Of a stretch of DNA of 64,000 nucleotides, positions 21,919 through 31,620 are shown piece after piece. The notes under the pieces are model-generated. The model was not told the origin of the DNA, did no database searches, and saw nothing but the letters and a program-made list of their open reading frames with translations. The position numbers and the translations under genes are program-made. Origin of the DNA: Planctomycetota bacterium (GTDB lineage: Bacteria > Planctomycetota > SZUA-567 > H5-PLA8). The stretch covers positions 341,393-405,392 of the forward strand of contig JABTUM010000002.1 of NCBI GenBank assembly GCA_015075375.1, in the 5' to 3' direction. Positions within the stretch are counted from its first letter, which is position 1, and each line of letters begins with the position of its first letter.

Positions 21919-22992
21919 TCAGCTTTTGACGGACGCGGCCGCCGGCGTGCTCGGCGGGGTCGGCTCCGGCTTGGCCTTCGCTCCCCAGCGGTACAAGACC
22001 AGGGCCAGCAGCGGCAGACCTAAGCCCAGCGCCCAGCCCACGACCATGTTCGGGTAGACCCAGCCGTCAATGGTGCGGACGGCCTGCTTGCGCAGCGACT
22101 GCAACGCCTCGGCGAAGGTGGCCATCCACGGGCTGGCTTCGGGGTGTTCCTTCAGGTATGCCTCCACGTTTGGCGTTTTCATCAGGAAGCTGAAGGCCGC
22201 ACGAGGGTCGGCGCCGGCCACGGCTTGTCCGAGCTGATCGCCCACCAGCGCCGAGAGTGCGCGCAATGCCCAGCTCATCAGGAGCCCGTCGGGTTCGACG
22301 CCCGCGAGCGTCGCGACGCCATCGTCGAAGTCTTCGCGAGCGATGTGCTGAAGCTCCTTGGAGTCGGCCAGGATCTTGTCGAATTGTTCCAGGGACTCTT
22401 CGCCGGTCGGCGTGTAGTGAGCTTGATCGAGCACGATGGCGCAATAAAGCCGCGCGACGGCCTGATCGAGGACGCGGCGTTCGTCGACGTAATGCTTGAG
22501 GCAGCGCCCGCCGCCGTACCACATGCCGCTGTAAGCGCCCCCCGCGCCCGGAAGCACGGTAAGCGCCACGCACCAGACGGCCACGAGCCATCCGATGCGC
22601 TTGCCTTTCCAGTTCAGCGCTTCGCGCCGGCGCAGTTCGCGCCATAGCAGGAACCCGGCCAGCGCCGCCAGCAAGCCCAACCCGATGCCCCAGGAGACCG
22701 ATGCGGAAGTCAGGTCGTAGGCCAAGCCGCCGACTCCGGAGAGCGCGTCGCCGCTGAGCGACAGGAAAATCTGCGCGAGCGAGGCGGCCGGAGCGGGGAC
22801 GGCGGCCGGCGCGGCGGCTTCGGTGGCTTCGACTTCGACGGCGGCTTCGGGCGATTCCTGGGCAAGCCCGAGGCTGGGCGCCCAAGCCAGTCCGGCAACC
22901 AGGGCCCAAGTGCAGAGGCGAGCCCTTCCGCGGAAAGCTGCGTTTCTTTTTGCGTATGGGGTATCGAGCATCGGCCGTTTGGAGCAGCTCAC
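21919..22992 (-). CDS. hypothetical membrane protein (about 350 aa, several TM helices)
   Basis: An N-terminal signal/TM is followed by multiple hydrophobic segments (WGIGLGLLAALAGFLLW and IGWLVAVWCVALTVLPGAG). No motif recognised. Confidence 0.5.
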   Translation of the reverse strand: MSCSKRPMLDTPYAKRNAAFRGRARLCTWALVAGLAWAPSLGLAQESPEAAVEVEATEAAAPAAVPAPAASLAQIFLSLSGDALSGVGGLAYDLTSASVSWGIGLGLLAALAGFLLWRELRRREALNWKGKRIGWLVAVWCVALTVLPGAGGAYSGMWYGGGRCLKHYVDERRVLDQAVARLYCAIVLDQAHYTPTGEESLEQFDKILADSKELQHIAREDFDDGVATLAGVEPDGLLMSWALRALSALVGDQLGQAVAGADPRAAFSFLMKTPNVEAYLKEHPEASPWMATFAEALQSLRKQAVRTIDGWVYPNMVVGWALGLGLPLLALVLYRWGAKAKPEPTPPSTPAAASVKS

Positions 22993-23057
22993 GGATCGGA
23001 CCTCCGGAGACGTCCCACGCTTGAATTAATCCGCGCTCGGCGGCGATTCTTTCGGCA

Positions 23058-23747
23058 CTACCAGCGTTCCCAGACGCGCGCGGCGTAGGCTTCGCGGAGC
23101 GTGGGAAAATGCGCATGCGCAAGCGGGGCGATCTCTTCGTGCTTGAGATAAAGGTTCGGGATCGCGACGACCTTGCAGCCCGCGGCCCGGGCGCTGGTCA
23201 CGCCGGCGGGGGAATCTTCGAAGACCATGCACTGCTCGGGGCTAAGACCCAGCCCGGCGGCGGCTTTCGCGTACGGCTCGGGGTTGGGCTTCAGATTCTT
23301 TACCCGGTCTCCGGTGACGACGGTGCGGAAGTGCGATTCGAGGACGGGCTCGCGCTCGAGATGTTCGAGCACCACGGCCATGGTTTTCACCACTTGGTGG
23401 TAAAAGGTGCTGCTGACCAGTCCGCGCGCCAGTCCGAGCGTGTCGCAGCCGTCGAACATTTCGCGCACGCCGGGGAGCGGGGTGGGGCGTTCCTGGCGCA
23501 GAATGTTCAAGAAGGCTTCTTGTTCGCGGCGCAGCAGTTCGGCCGGTTCGATTTTCGTTTCGATGCGTTCGACCATCCATTCGGCCAATTCCATCGCGCT
23601 GTGCCCGATCCAGCACGAATATTCGCGCGGTTCGCACGCGTAGCCCAGTTCGGCGCCGGTGGCGGCGAAGGCTCGCATGTGAAGGTCTTCGCTGTCGATC
23701 AACAGACCGTCCATGTCGAAGAGTACGGCGCGCAGCGTGGTGCTCAT
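23058..23747 (-). CDS. HAD-superfamily hydrolase (beta-phosphoglucomutase/phosphatase-like)
   Basis: Start at MSTTLRAVLFDMDGLLIDSE (HAD motif I, DxDG). Motif III/IV region: VVTGDRVKNLKPNPEPY...VFEDSPAGVTSARAAGCKVVAI. Confidence 0.8.
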   Translation of the reverse strand: MSTTLRAVLFDMDGLLIDSEDLHMRAFAATGAELGYACEPREYSCWIGHSAMELAEWMVERIETKIEPAELLRREQEAFLNILRQERPTPLPGVREMFDGCDTLGLARGLVSSTFYHQVVKTMAVVLEHLEREPVLESHFRTVVTGDRVKNLKPNPEPYAKAAAGLGLSPEQCMVFEDSPAGVTSARAAGCKVVAIPNLYLKHEEIAPLAHAHFPTLREAYAARVWERW

Positions 23748-23821
23748 GTTGCGGAAACTCCGGTGAACGCGGGGGTCTTTCTTACCACAGAGGAGCGCGG
23801 GCGCACGCGGAAGAACGGTGC

Positions 23822-24682
23822 TCAGGTTTTGATGTCGCGCTCTTCGAACAGGAGCACGGCGGCCGAGAGGAAGACGACGAGGTAGCACGCCAGATGGACC
23901 AACGAGACGAGAATCTGGCCCATGGGCAGGTGGCTGTAGAAGCACTGCTGCCAGCGCAGCATATGGGTGACGAAGAGATACGGATAAAGCCAGTCGAGCA
24001 GCGGAAGCGACCGGAGCGTAAGCACGGCGAAGTACAAGCTGAGGGTGAGGACGTAGGCCATGGCGGCGGTATCGACCAGCGCGGAGATCAAAAGCGCCAA
24101 AGCGGCGAGGACGGTCATCCCGAAGGTGGCTATCAGGCCCGCCAGGAACATGCGTCCCGGGACTTCCGCGGCCGGAATCATGCTCGCGCCTTCCTGCCCG
24201 TTCTGGAACAGGATGTTGAGCGTGTACAAAGGACCGTGGCCGAAGCTGAGGATGCCGCCGCCGACGAGCAGGGCGAGGACGAAGAAGCAGAGCGCCAAGG
24301 CGTAGACGCTCAGGAGCGCGAACTTGCCGAGGATCAGCGCGCGGCGTGTGACCGGCCGGATCAGGCAGGCGCGGAGCGTGCCCTGTTCGGTTTCGCCGGC
24401 GACCATCAAACCCGAGGCGACGGCGATGAAGATCGGGAGCAGTGCGTTGAAAATCGGATTCATCGCGTGCGCGGTCATGTAGTAGCCGTTCATGAAATCC
24501 TGCTTGCCGGTGAGCTGGAAGCTGGCGCGGAGGAGGTGGAGCATGTGCTGGAATTCGAGGCGGTGAAAGACGGCGACGATAACGGCGACGACGGCGCCGA
24601 GGACGGCGAAGGGCACCCAGGTGATGCGCCGCCCGCGCAGCTTGGTCCATTCGAAGCGCAACAGCGCGAAGAGTCCGCTCAC
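23822..24682 (-). CDS. ABC-2-type transporter permease
   Basis: Six hydrophobic helices from a GTG start (VSGLFALLRFEWTKLRGRR...). It has a 4-bp overlap (GTGA) with the upstream ATPase gene. Confidence 0.7.
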   Translation of the reverse strand: MSGLFALLRFEWTKLRGRRITWVPFAVLGAVVAVIVAVFHRLEFQHMLHLLRASFQLTGKQDFMNGYYMTAHAMNPIFNALLPIFIAVASGLMVAGETEQGTLRACLIRPVTRRALILGKFALLSVYALALCFFVLALLVGGGILSFGHGPLYTLNILFQNGQEGASMIPAAEVPGRMFLAGLIATFGMTVLAALALLISALVDTAAMAYVLTLSLYFAVLTLRSLPLLDWLYPYLFVTHMLRWQQCFYSHLPMGQILVSLVHLACYLVVFLSAAVLLFEERDIKT

Positions 24683-25656
24683 GGCCGCGCCCCCGCGGGC
24701 GCGGCTTCGCGCGTGGTGGTGCGTTCGAGAAAGAGGCGGTCGAGCCAATGCGGTTCGGGTTCCAGTGCGGCGACCCGGAACCCGGCCTCGAGCAGGGCGC
24801 GGTTGAGCACCGCCGGATCGGCGGATCCTGGGCGGATGCGCACGCCTTCGCGCGGCGGCGGATGCGCTTCGGCCTGCACGCCGCAGCGTTCGCGCAGGAG
24901 CGCCGCGGCTTCTGCCGGCCGGTCGACGCTTAGAGACAGCCCGCGATGCTCGCGTTCCAGTTCGGACAGTTCGCCTTGCAGGATAAGTTCGCCCTGTTCG
25001 AGGATGGCGATGCGGTTGCAGAGGTGTTCGACTTCGCTGAGCAGATGGCTGGAGAGAAAGACGGTGAGCCCGTCGTCTCGGACGAGGCTGACGAGCAGTT
25101 CTCGGACGTCTCGGATGCCGTGGGGATCGAGCCCGTCGGTGGGTTCGTCGAGAATCAGAAGGCCCGGCTTCGGGAGCAGGCACGCGGCGATGCCCAGGCG
25201 CTGGCGCATGCCGTGGCTGTAGACCGAAACGGGATCGAGTTCGCGCCCGCGCAGGCCGACGCGTTCGAGCACGGCGTCGATCTCGGCGGCCGCGACGCCG
25301 CCGGACAAGCCGGCAAAAATCTCGAGGTTCTTCCGGCCGCTCAGGTATCCATAGAAAGAAGGCGCTTCGACGAAGGCCCCCACCTGGCGCAGCGCAGCGA
25401 GTCGCTCGGCGGCGAGGTCGTGTCCCGCGATAAGCACGCGGCCGGCGGTGGGATGAATGAGGCCCAAGGCCATGCGCAGGGTCGTCGATTTGCCGGCTCC
25501 GTTGGGGCCGAGAAAGCCAAAGAGATCGCCGCGATAGACGGTCAGCGAAAGATCGCGGACGGCGGTGAGTTCACGCCCGCGCCCTAGCCAGCGGCGCGTG
25601 AAGACTTTGCTCAAGCCTTCGAGAACGAGGAGCGGTTCGCGCGAGGAGGCGGTCAT
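24679..25656 (-). CDS. ABC transporter ATP-binding protein
   Basis: Start at MTASSREP. Walker A GPNGAGKST, signature YSHGMRQRLGIA, Walker B LLILDEPTDGLD and an H-loop SSHLL. Confidence 0.85.
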   Translation of the reverse strand: MTASSREPLLVLEGLSKVFTRRWLGRGRELTAVRDLSLTVYRGDLFGFLGPNGAGKSTTLRMALGLIHPTAGRVLIAGHDLAAERLAALRQVGAFVEAPSFYGYLSGRKNLEIFAGLSGGVAAAEIDAVLERVGLRGRELDPVSVYSHGMRQRLGIAACLLPKPGLLILDEPTDGLDPHGIRDVRELLVSLVRDDGLTVFLSSHLLSEVEHLCNRIAILEQGELILQGELSELEREHRGLSLSVDRPAEAAALLRERCGVQAEAHPPPREGVRIRPGSADPAVLNRALLEAGFRVAALEPEPHWLDRLFLERTTTREAAPAGARP

Positions 25657-25673
25657 GCGTCGCGCGTGCGCGT

Positions 25674-26468
25674 TCAGGTACCGGGCTGCGCGGGAGCCGT
25701 GGGCGCGACGGCGGTCTCGGGCTTCGGCGCTTCGCCGATCGCGTAGCGCTTGAGGTGGTTGTCCCACTTCATTTGGCCCGCATGCTCCTCGAACCATGCC
25801 GCGCACGCGCCGGGGGCCGACCAGCGCACGATCTGGAACTTCTGGCCGAAGAATTCGGAATCGAACGTCTTGGCCTGCCACTTCTCCTTCGGATTATCGG
25901 ATTTGGCTTTCAGCGCCTCCAACTGCTTGCCCTTCACGGGATCGGCCACGGCAAGCACCCAGGAAAGCGCGTCCTGCGCGGCGCGGCGCAGGGAGGCCTC
26001 TTCCTTGGCGTCGAGTTGCCGGACGATGGCTTTGACGTCCGCTTCTTCGAGCAAGTTCGCATGGGCCAGGTGTGGCGCCATGCGGCAAGCGAGGATGCGG
26101 CCCTGCGTAGTCCCGTTGCCGATCACGGTGCGGAAGATATCTTGCGCCAACGCCGGGCGCTTCGAGATGGCACCGAGCACTTTGAGGAACTCTTTCTGGT
26201 TCGTCTCGAGGTTGGTTTCGCCAAAACCGCGTTCCAGGCCGTTGGCTTCGTCGTCCACCTTGACGCGCGCATCGTTCATGGCCTTGATGAGGCCGTCGCG
26301 CTCGGATCGATCTTTGCGCGCGAATGCGAACGAGCCTGCGGCCAGCATGATCGCGCCGGCGATCAGCGCCCACTTGGGCACGGTCCAGGAACCGCTGCCG
26401 GGAAGCTGAGGTTCGGGAGCCGCCGGTGCGGCGGAAGCGGTATCTTCGGGAGCTTTCTTCTTGGACAT
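25674..26468 (-). CDS. hypothetical membrane-anchored protein
   Basis: 264 aa with an N-terminal TM (WALIAGAIMLAAGSFAFA) and Ala/Pro-rich termini. No motif recognised. Confidence 0.5.
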   Translation of the reverse strand: MSKKKAPEDTASAAPAAPEPQLPGSGSWTVPKWALIAGAIMLAAGSFAFARKDRSERDGLIKAMNDARVKVDDEANGLERGFGETNLETNQKEFLKVLGAISKRPALAQDIFRTVIGNGTTQGRILACRMAPHLAHANLLEEADVKAIVRQLDAKEEASLRRAAQDALSWVLAVADPVKGKQLEALKAKSDNPKEKWQAKTFDSEFFGQKFQIVRWSAPGACAAWFEEHAGQMKWDNHLKRYAIGEAPKPETAVAPTAPAQPGT

Positions 26469-26480
26469 GCGGTCACTCTT

Positions 26481-26975
26481 TCAATGCGCCACGGAACCGT
26501 CGCAGAAAACCACGTTCTTGCCGCCCCAGCTTCCGGTTCCCGGATCGGGATGGAAGTTCTCGTAATCGTAGAGCATCGGGGCTTTGGACGAGCCCACGAC
26601 CTGCTCCAGGAATCCGGCGGGCGGCTGTCCGTTCAGTATAACGTTCCATTCGTAGCTTGCCCCTTCCGATTCGAAAAGCCCGCGGTCGTCGGCGGGGCAG
26701 CGGAAGAGGCGCGGATCGGGGACGTACGCTTGCAAGGCGTCGCAAAGGCGCGCGCCGTCGTTCATCGTCGGGCGGAGGGCCAGGGTGGGGTAGCGCTGCC
26801 CGTGCTCGTCGGCGTACAGGTTGACGGCTTTGGCGATTTGGCCGAGTTGGCTTTTGCACTGAGTGCGCCGTGCTTCGGCTTTGGCGCGGGCGAGGACGGG
26901 CAGCAAGAGCCCCGCCAGCAGCGCGACGATGGCCAAAACGACCAGGAGTTCGGTGAGCGTGAAGCCGCGTTTCAT
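26481..26975 (-). CDS. prepilin-type N-terminal cleavage/methylation-domain protein (pseudopilin-like) with a C-terminal H-X9-DG-type motif
   Basis: MKRGFTLTELLVVLAIVALLAGLLLPVL is a class III signal/pilin N-terminus. The C-terminus NVVFCDGSVAH resembles the DUF1559 H-X9-DG tail common in Planctomycetes/Verrucomicrobia. Confidence 0.8.
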   Translation of the reverse strand: MKRGFTLTELLVVLAIVALLAGLLLPVLARAKAEARRTQCKSQLGQIAKAVNLYADEHGQRYPTLALRPTMNDGARLCDALQAYVPDPRLFRCPADDRGLFESEGASYEWNVILNGQPPAGFLEQVVGSSKAPMLYDYENFHPDPGTGSWGGKNVVFCDGSVAH

Positions 26976-27613
26976 CGGGGCAAGGTCCGCGCACGCTGTA
27001 GGTTCTGGAGCGCGCCCTCGTACAGCGGGGCCAGTTCCGCGCGCTCTTCGCTGGTCGTCACTCGCAAAAACTGCTGCGTGGCACGCTCGACCATCTCCTC
27101 CATGTTGCCGTTGCGGACCATCTCGCGTACGCGCGCGCGTTCTTCGGGCGGAAGGTTTTCAAGGTCTTCGCGGGCCTGCTCCTGGCGCTTCTTGGCTTCT
27201 TCGATGAAGGCTTTGCGCTCTTCGGGTTGCATCTTGCGGTAATGCTCGATCTGTTCCTGCAGGCCGCGGTCAAGGGTCTCCTTGACGAAGCGCACGCGGG
27301 CATCGGGCTTTAGGCGCTCGAAATATCGCTGCGCCTCGCGGCTCTGCATCACCTCCCGGCGCGCGCGGACGTCCAGGCGATTGACTTGGCGGATGGCTTC
27401 TTCGACTTCGAAGGTGTCTTCGTCGGCCATGCGCTGGCGCAACTCGGCGCCGTTCAGGTCGCGGACTTGTTCGGCAAGGTGCTGACCGGTCCACCAGCAG
27501 GCCATCAGGATGAGCGCGACCAGCCCCAAGGCCTTCGCCCAGCGCCGGCCGGCGCGATCGCGCGGGCGGACATTGCCGCTGAACGGCGTGGTGGGCGGGG
27601 CGGAGGAACTCAT
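26972..27613 (-). CDS. hypothetical membrane-anchored, highly charged helical protein
   Basis: 213 aa with one N-terminal TM (ALGLVALILMACWW) followed by an E/R-rich helical region. It has a 4-bp overlap with the downstream pseudopilin-like gene. Confidence 0.5.
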   Translation of the reverse strand: MSSSAPPTTPFSGNVRPRDRAGRRWAKALGLVALILMACWWTGQHLAEQVRDLNGAELRQRMADEDTFEVEEAIRQVNRLDVRARREVMQSREAQRYFERLKPDARVRFVKETLDRGLQEQIEHYRKMQPEERKAFIEEAKKRQEQAREDLENLPPEERARVREMVRNGNMEEMVERATQQFLRVTTSEERAELAPLYEGALQNLQRARTLPR

Positions 27614-27774
27614 ATAAGGATTATACCCAAAAGAGGTTGGCTCTTTGCATACGGGTCAAAAATGGTTTAACCCGTGCCTTGGACGGAAGTAAGACGTACG
27701 AATGGCGCAGCCCTGCACTTGTCCTGGTTCGTAAACATAACTATCCTTCGTATCTAGCTTTCAGGAGCCCATAC

Positions 27775-29577
27775 ATGGCCGAGCGCGAAGTGCTTGAGGT
27801 GGACGTACTGATCGTGGGAGGCGGGGTGGGCGGATTGGCCTGCGCCATTCGTCTGGCCGACCGGGTCAAACGCCACAACCGCGAGCATCCCGGCTCGCCG
27901 CTCGAAAACCTCCAGATCCTGGTGCTGGAGAAAGGCCCCAGCGTCGGCGCTCACGTTTTGTCGGGCTGCGTGCTGGATCCGAAGGGCCTGAACGAGATTC
28001 TGCCCGAGTGGCGTTACACCTCGCCGATCAAGCAAGCGGTCGTCGAGGAAGAGATCGCGTTCCTGACCGAGACGAAGAAGCTCCCGCTGCCCGAGGCGGT
28101 AATTCCGCCCTATCTGCACAACGAGGGTTATTACGTCGTCAGCCTGGGTGAAGTGGCGGCGTGGATGGCCAGCGAAGCGCGCGAGCGTGGCGTCGAGATT
28201 CTGGAAGGCGTAGCGGGCGCGGAACTGCTGATGCACGGCGACCACGTGACCGGCGTGCGCTGCGGTGACGAAGGCGTCGGCAAAGACGGCAAACCCGGCC
28301 CGAACTACGCGCCCGGGGCCGAGATTCGCGCGAAGGTCACGGTCCTTGCGGAAGGCCCGCGCGGGAACCTGACCAAGGTGCTGACGCGCCAAGCGAATCT
28401 GCAAGGCAATCGCAACCCGCAGACGTATGCCATCGGGGTGAAAGAATTGTGGGAAGTGCCGGCCGGTACGTTCCCGGCGGGCAAGGTGCTGCATACGCTG
28501 GGCTACCCGCTGCAGACGGCCGGGCGCGAAGCATTCGGCGGAAGCTTCGTCTACGGGCTGGACGAAACGCACGTTGCCTACGGGCTGGTGGTGGGGCTCG
28601 ATTACGCCGATCCGGCGCTCGATCCGCACTACGAGTCGCAGCGGCTGAAGCTGCACCCGGCGCTGAAGCCCATCTTTGCTTCGGGCAAGCTGGTGAGTTA
28701 CGGCGCGAAGGCGATCCCAGAGGGCGGTTACTACAGCATCCCGCGCACGTACGGCGACGGTTTCCTGATCATCGGCGATGCGGCGAGCTTCCTGAACGCC
28801 GCGCGGTTGAAGGGCGCGCATTTGGCCATGAAGACCGGCGCGCTGGCTGCCGACGCGATTCTGGATGCGCTGCATAAACAGGATTTCAGCGAAAAGAGCC
28901 TGGGGCGCTTCGACGATCTGTTCCAGCAGTCCTGGGCATTCGAAGAGCTGCACGCGATGCGCAACTGGCGCCAGGCCTACGCCGAGGGGCTGCTCAAGGG
29001 CGGCATGCTGGAGATGCTCCAGCGCGCCACCGGCGGGAGGGGCCTCTCCGACCCGATGACGGTAAAGGCCGACCACGAAAATACCGGCTACCTGCGCCAG
29101 CACCACAGCGACGGCGTCAAACCGCTCCCGGAATTCACACCCGACAACAAGCTCACCTTCGACAAGGTGACCAGCGTGTATCATTCGGGGACCAAGCACG
29201 GCGAGCAGCAGCCCTGCCATCTGGTCGTGCCCGACCAGGACCTGTGCGTGAACCGCTGCACGCACGAGTTCGGAAACCCGTGCCAGCATTTCTGTCCGGC
29301 ATCCGTTTACGAATGGGTGGTGCCCGAATCGAAAGAAGCGCCCAGCTTCCGCTTTCCGCGGCGCGGCGAATGGGCCGGCCCGCGCATGGGCAACAACGTC
29401 GAGTACGTGGACGTGACGAAGGATAGCGTGAAGGCCGCCGATCCGAAGCAAGGGCACTTGCAGCTCAACTTCGGGAATTGCGTGCACTGCAAGACTTGCG
29501 ACATCAAGGACCCGTACGGCAACATCACGTGGGTTACGCCGCCCGGCGGCGACGGCCCGCGCTATCAGAAGCTATAG
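27775..29577 (+). CDS. electron-transfer flavoprotein:ubiquinone oxidoreductase (ETF-QO)
   Basis: Start at MAEREVLEVDVLIVGGGVGGLACA (FAD-binding GxGxxG) with an AGGAG RBS upstream. The C-terminal 4Fe-4S motif region is CVHCKTCDIKDPYGNITWVTPPGGDGPRY. Confidence 0.9.
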   Translation: MAEREVLEVDVLIVGGGVGGLACAIRLADRVKRHNREHPGSPLENLQILVLEKGPSVGAHVLSGCVLDPKGLNEILPEWRYTSPIKQAVVEEEIAFLTETKKLPLPEAVIPPYLHNEGYYVVSLGEVAAWMASEARERGVEILEGVAGAELLMHGDHVTGVRCGDEGVGKDGKPGPNYAPGAEIRAKVTVLAEGPRGNLTKVLTRQANLQGNRNPQTYAIGVKELWEVPAGTFPAGKVLHTLGYPLQTAGREAFGGSFVYGLDETHVAYGLVVGLDYADPALDPHYESQRLKLHPALKPIFASGKLVSYGAKAIPEGGYYSIPRTYGDGFLIIGDAASFLNAARLKGAHLAMKTGALAADAILDALHKQDFSEKSLGRFDDLFQQSWAFEELHAMRNWRQAYAEGLLKGGMLEMLQRATGGRGLSDPMTVKADHENTGYLRQHHSDGVKPLPEFTPDNKLTFDKVTSVYHSGTKHGEQQPCHLVVPDQDLCVNRCTHEFGNPCQHFCPASVYEWVVPESKEAPSFRFPRRGEWAGPRMGNNVEYVDVTKDSVKAADPKQGHLQLNFGNCVHCKTCDIKDPYGNITWVTPPGGDGPRYQKL

Positions 29578-29622
29578 ACGCTCACGCCGCGCCGCGGGCT
29601 TCGGTCCCACTTCGCGCGGCGC

Positions 29623-30564
29623 TTACAGCTTGGGATTGAGCAGCTCGGGGTGCTCGGCCACGGTGGGTTCCGCGGCCGGGTTGGCGGCGTCGCCGGTAAG
29701 CTCCTGGGTGAGCGAGCTGTACAGGTCCGGGCGGCGCTGGCGCTGCTGATAGGTGCATCCGCGGACCCATTCCGGCGTGCCCCACGCGCGGCGCTGCAGC
29801 GGCACGTCGTCGAGATCCAGCGAGCCGGCGACCACGCCTTCGGCGAACGATCCGCCGGCCACCTGCAACCCCCAAGCGTTATACACGGCGCTTGTCATCG
29901 GGCGGCGCGTCTCGCGCTGATTAGGCGTGACGTACGTCGCCACCGCCAACGGCAGCTTATGCGTGTAGGCGACGGCCGGAAGGACCGCACCGTACAGGAT
30001 GTCCTCGGTCTCGCATTGGCGCATGGTGGTCCAGAGCAGCAGATCGGCGCCCTGGAGTTCGTAGCAGCGCGGAATCTCGGGGAAATTCACGTCGTAGCAG
30101 ATAAAGATCCCCAACTTGCCGAATGGGGTGGTGATGGGCTTCAAACTGCCGCCGCGTGCGACGCAATGTTCTTCTTCGGGCGCGAGGTGAGTTTTGTCGT
30201 AGTGACCCAGCAAGGTGCCTTCCGGCCCGATGACCACCGCTCGGTTGTAGGGCTTGCTCTCGCCGGTCCAGAGCACGTTGGGGATGACGGCCATGCCGTA
30301 CTGCTGCGCGCGCTTGCGCAGGGCCTCGATGAACGGACTGTCCCACTTCAAACCCACTACGCGACGGAGTTCGTCGATCGACTTCTGCCGCGCCTGTCCC
30401 GCCTCATGCGTAACGTGGTGATCCGCGAACTCGGGCAGCAGAACGATCTGGCAGCCGAGTTTACCGGCCGCGTCCACTTCTTGCAGGAGCCGCGCCCGCC
30501 GCTCTTCGAGAGGCTGATTCTTAAGCAGCACATTAATCATGCCAAGCGTGACGGGGCGGGACAT
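29623..30564 (-). CDS. carbon-nitrogen hydrolase (nitrilase-superfamily amidohydrolase)
   Basis: Start at MSRPVTLGMINV. Contains the catalytic E (LLPEF), K and C region (GIFICYDVNFPE), typical of the CN-hydrolase fold. Confidence 0.8.
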   Translation of the reverse strand: MSRPVTLGMINVLLKNQPLEERRARLLQEVDAAGKLGCQIVLLPEFADHHVTHEAGQARQKSIDELRRVVGLKWDSPFIEALRKRAQQYGMAVIPNVLWTGESKPYNRAVVIGPEGTLLGHYDKTHLAPEEEHCVARGGSLKPITTPFGKLGIFICYDVNFPEIPRCYELQGADLLLWTTMRQCETEDILYGAVLPAVAYTHKLPLAVATYVTPNQRETRRPMTSAVYNAWGLQVAGGSFAEGVVAGSLDLDDVPLQRRAWGTPEWVRGCTYQQRQRRPDLYSSLTQELTGDAANPAAEPTVAEHPELLNPKL

Positions 30565-30687
30565 GCAGGGAACCTCCGGGCCGCTGAGTAAGAGCCAACC
30601 AGGCGCGGCGAACCTTCGCAGTATTCTACCTTGCCGGAACAAAGAATGTGAGCGGGCACCGCGTGCAATGTGCAGGTTCGGCGTGGT

Positions 30688-31554
30688 TTAGCTCGGAGAC
30701 TGGGCTGCTAATAATTCGTACGCGGCGCGCACCGAGCCGCCGGTTTCATGCAACGTGCGTGCGGCGGTTTCGGGTGAACAGCCGGTTGCGTCGACCAGGA
30801 TGTTCCGAGCGCGCTCATGAAGCTTCTCGCATTTGAGTTGTACGTCCAGCATGGCGTTGCCGCGCACGCGCCCCAACTTCACCATCACGGCCGTCGAAAG
30901 CATGTTGAGGATCAGCTTCTGTGCCGTCCCGGCCTTCATGCGCGTGCTCCCGGTCACGACTTCGGGCCCGGTTTCGGCAACGAGCGATTCGGCGGCGCAG
31001 GCGATCAGCGGCGAATTGCGGTTGCAGGTGATGCAGGCGGTAAACGCGGCGCGTTCGCGCGCGTAGATCAGGGCGGCGCGGACGTAGCGCGCGCGTCCGC
31101 TGGCGGAGAGCCCCACGACCGTATCGGTGGCGCCGATGTGCCGCGCCGCCAGATCGGCCACGCCCGCGGCCGCGTCGTCTTCCGCGCCTTCGATGCTGCG
31201 CAGGAGCGCTTCGGGCCCGCCGGCGATGATGCCTTGCACCCATTCCGGCGGGACGCCGTAAGTCGGCGGCATTTCGCTGGCGTCGACGCAACCCAGCCGA
31301 CCGCTGGTTCCCGCGCCGATGTAGATCAAACGCCCGCCGCGCGCCATGCGCGATGCGGCAGCCTCGACCACTCGGGCGAGCGCGGGCAGCACCGCGTGCA
31401 CCGCGTCGGGTACGCTGCGGTCTTCGGCGTTAATTCGTTCGAGCAGGTCGAGCGTGCCGAGGCGGTCCAGGTCGCGCGTGCGCGGATTGGAGGCTTCGGT
31501 AGCCAGCGTGCGCAGGTCCACGCTGGATTCGGTGTACGATTCGTGCTGGGCCAT
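30688..31554 (-). CDS. murQ: N-acetylmuramic acid 6-phosphate etherase
   Basis: SIS-domain protein with GGRLIYIGAGTSGRLGCVDASEMPPTYG, matching the MurQ signature region. Confidence 0.8.
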   Translation of the reverse strand: MAQHESYTESSVDLRTLATEASNPRTRDLDRLGTLDLLERINAEDRSVPDAVHAVLPALARVVEAAASRMARGGRLIYIGAGTSGRLGCVDASEMPPTYGVPPEWVQGIIAGGPEALLRSIEGAEDDAAAGVADLAARHIGATDTVVGLSASGRARYVRAALIYARERAAFTACITCNRNSPLIACAAESLVAETGPEVVTGSTRMKAGTAQKLILNMLSTAVMVKLGRVRGNAMLDVQLKCEKLHERARNILVDATGCSPETAARTLHETGGSVRAAYELLAAQSPS

Positions 31555-31620
31555 GACGGACTCCGGAACAGGACACACCCTTATAGGCGTATCGTCCCGT
31601 TTCCGGTCCGGATGCAGCGA

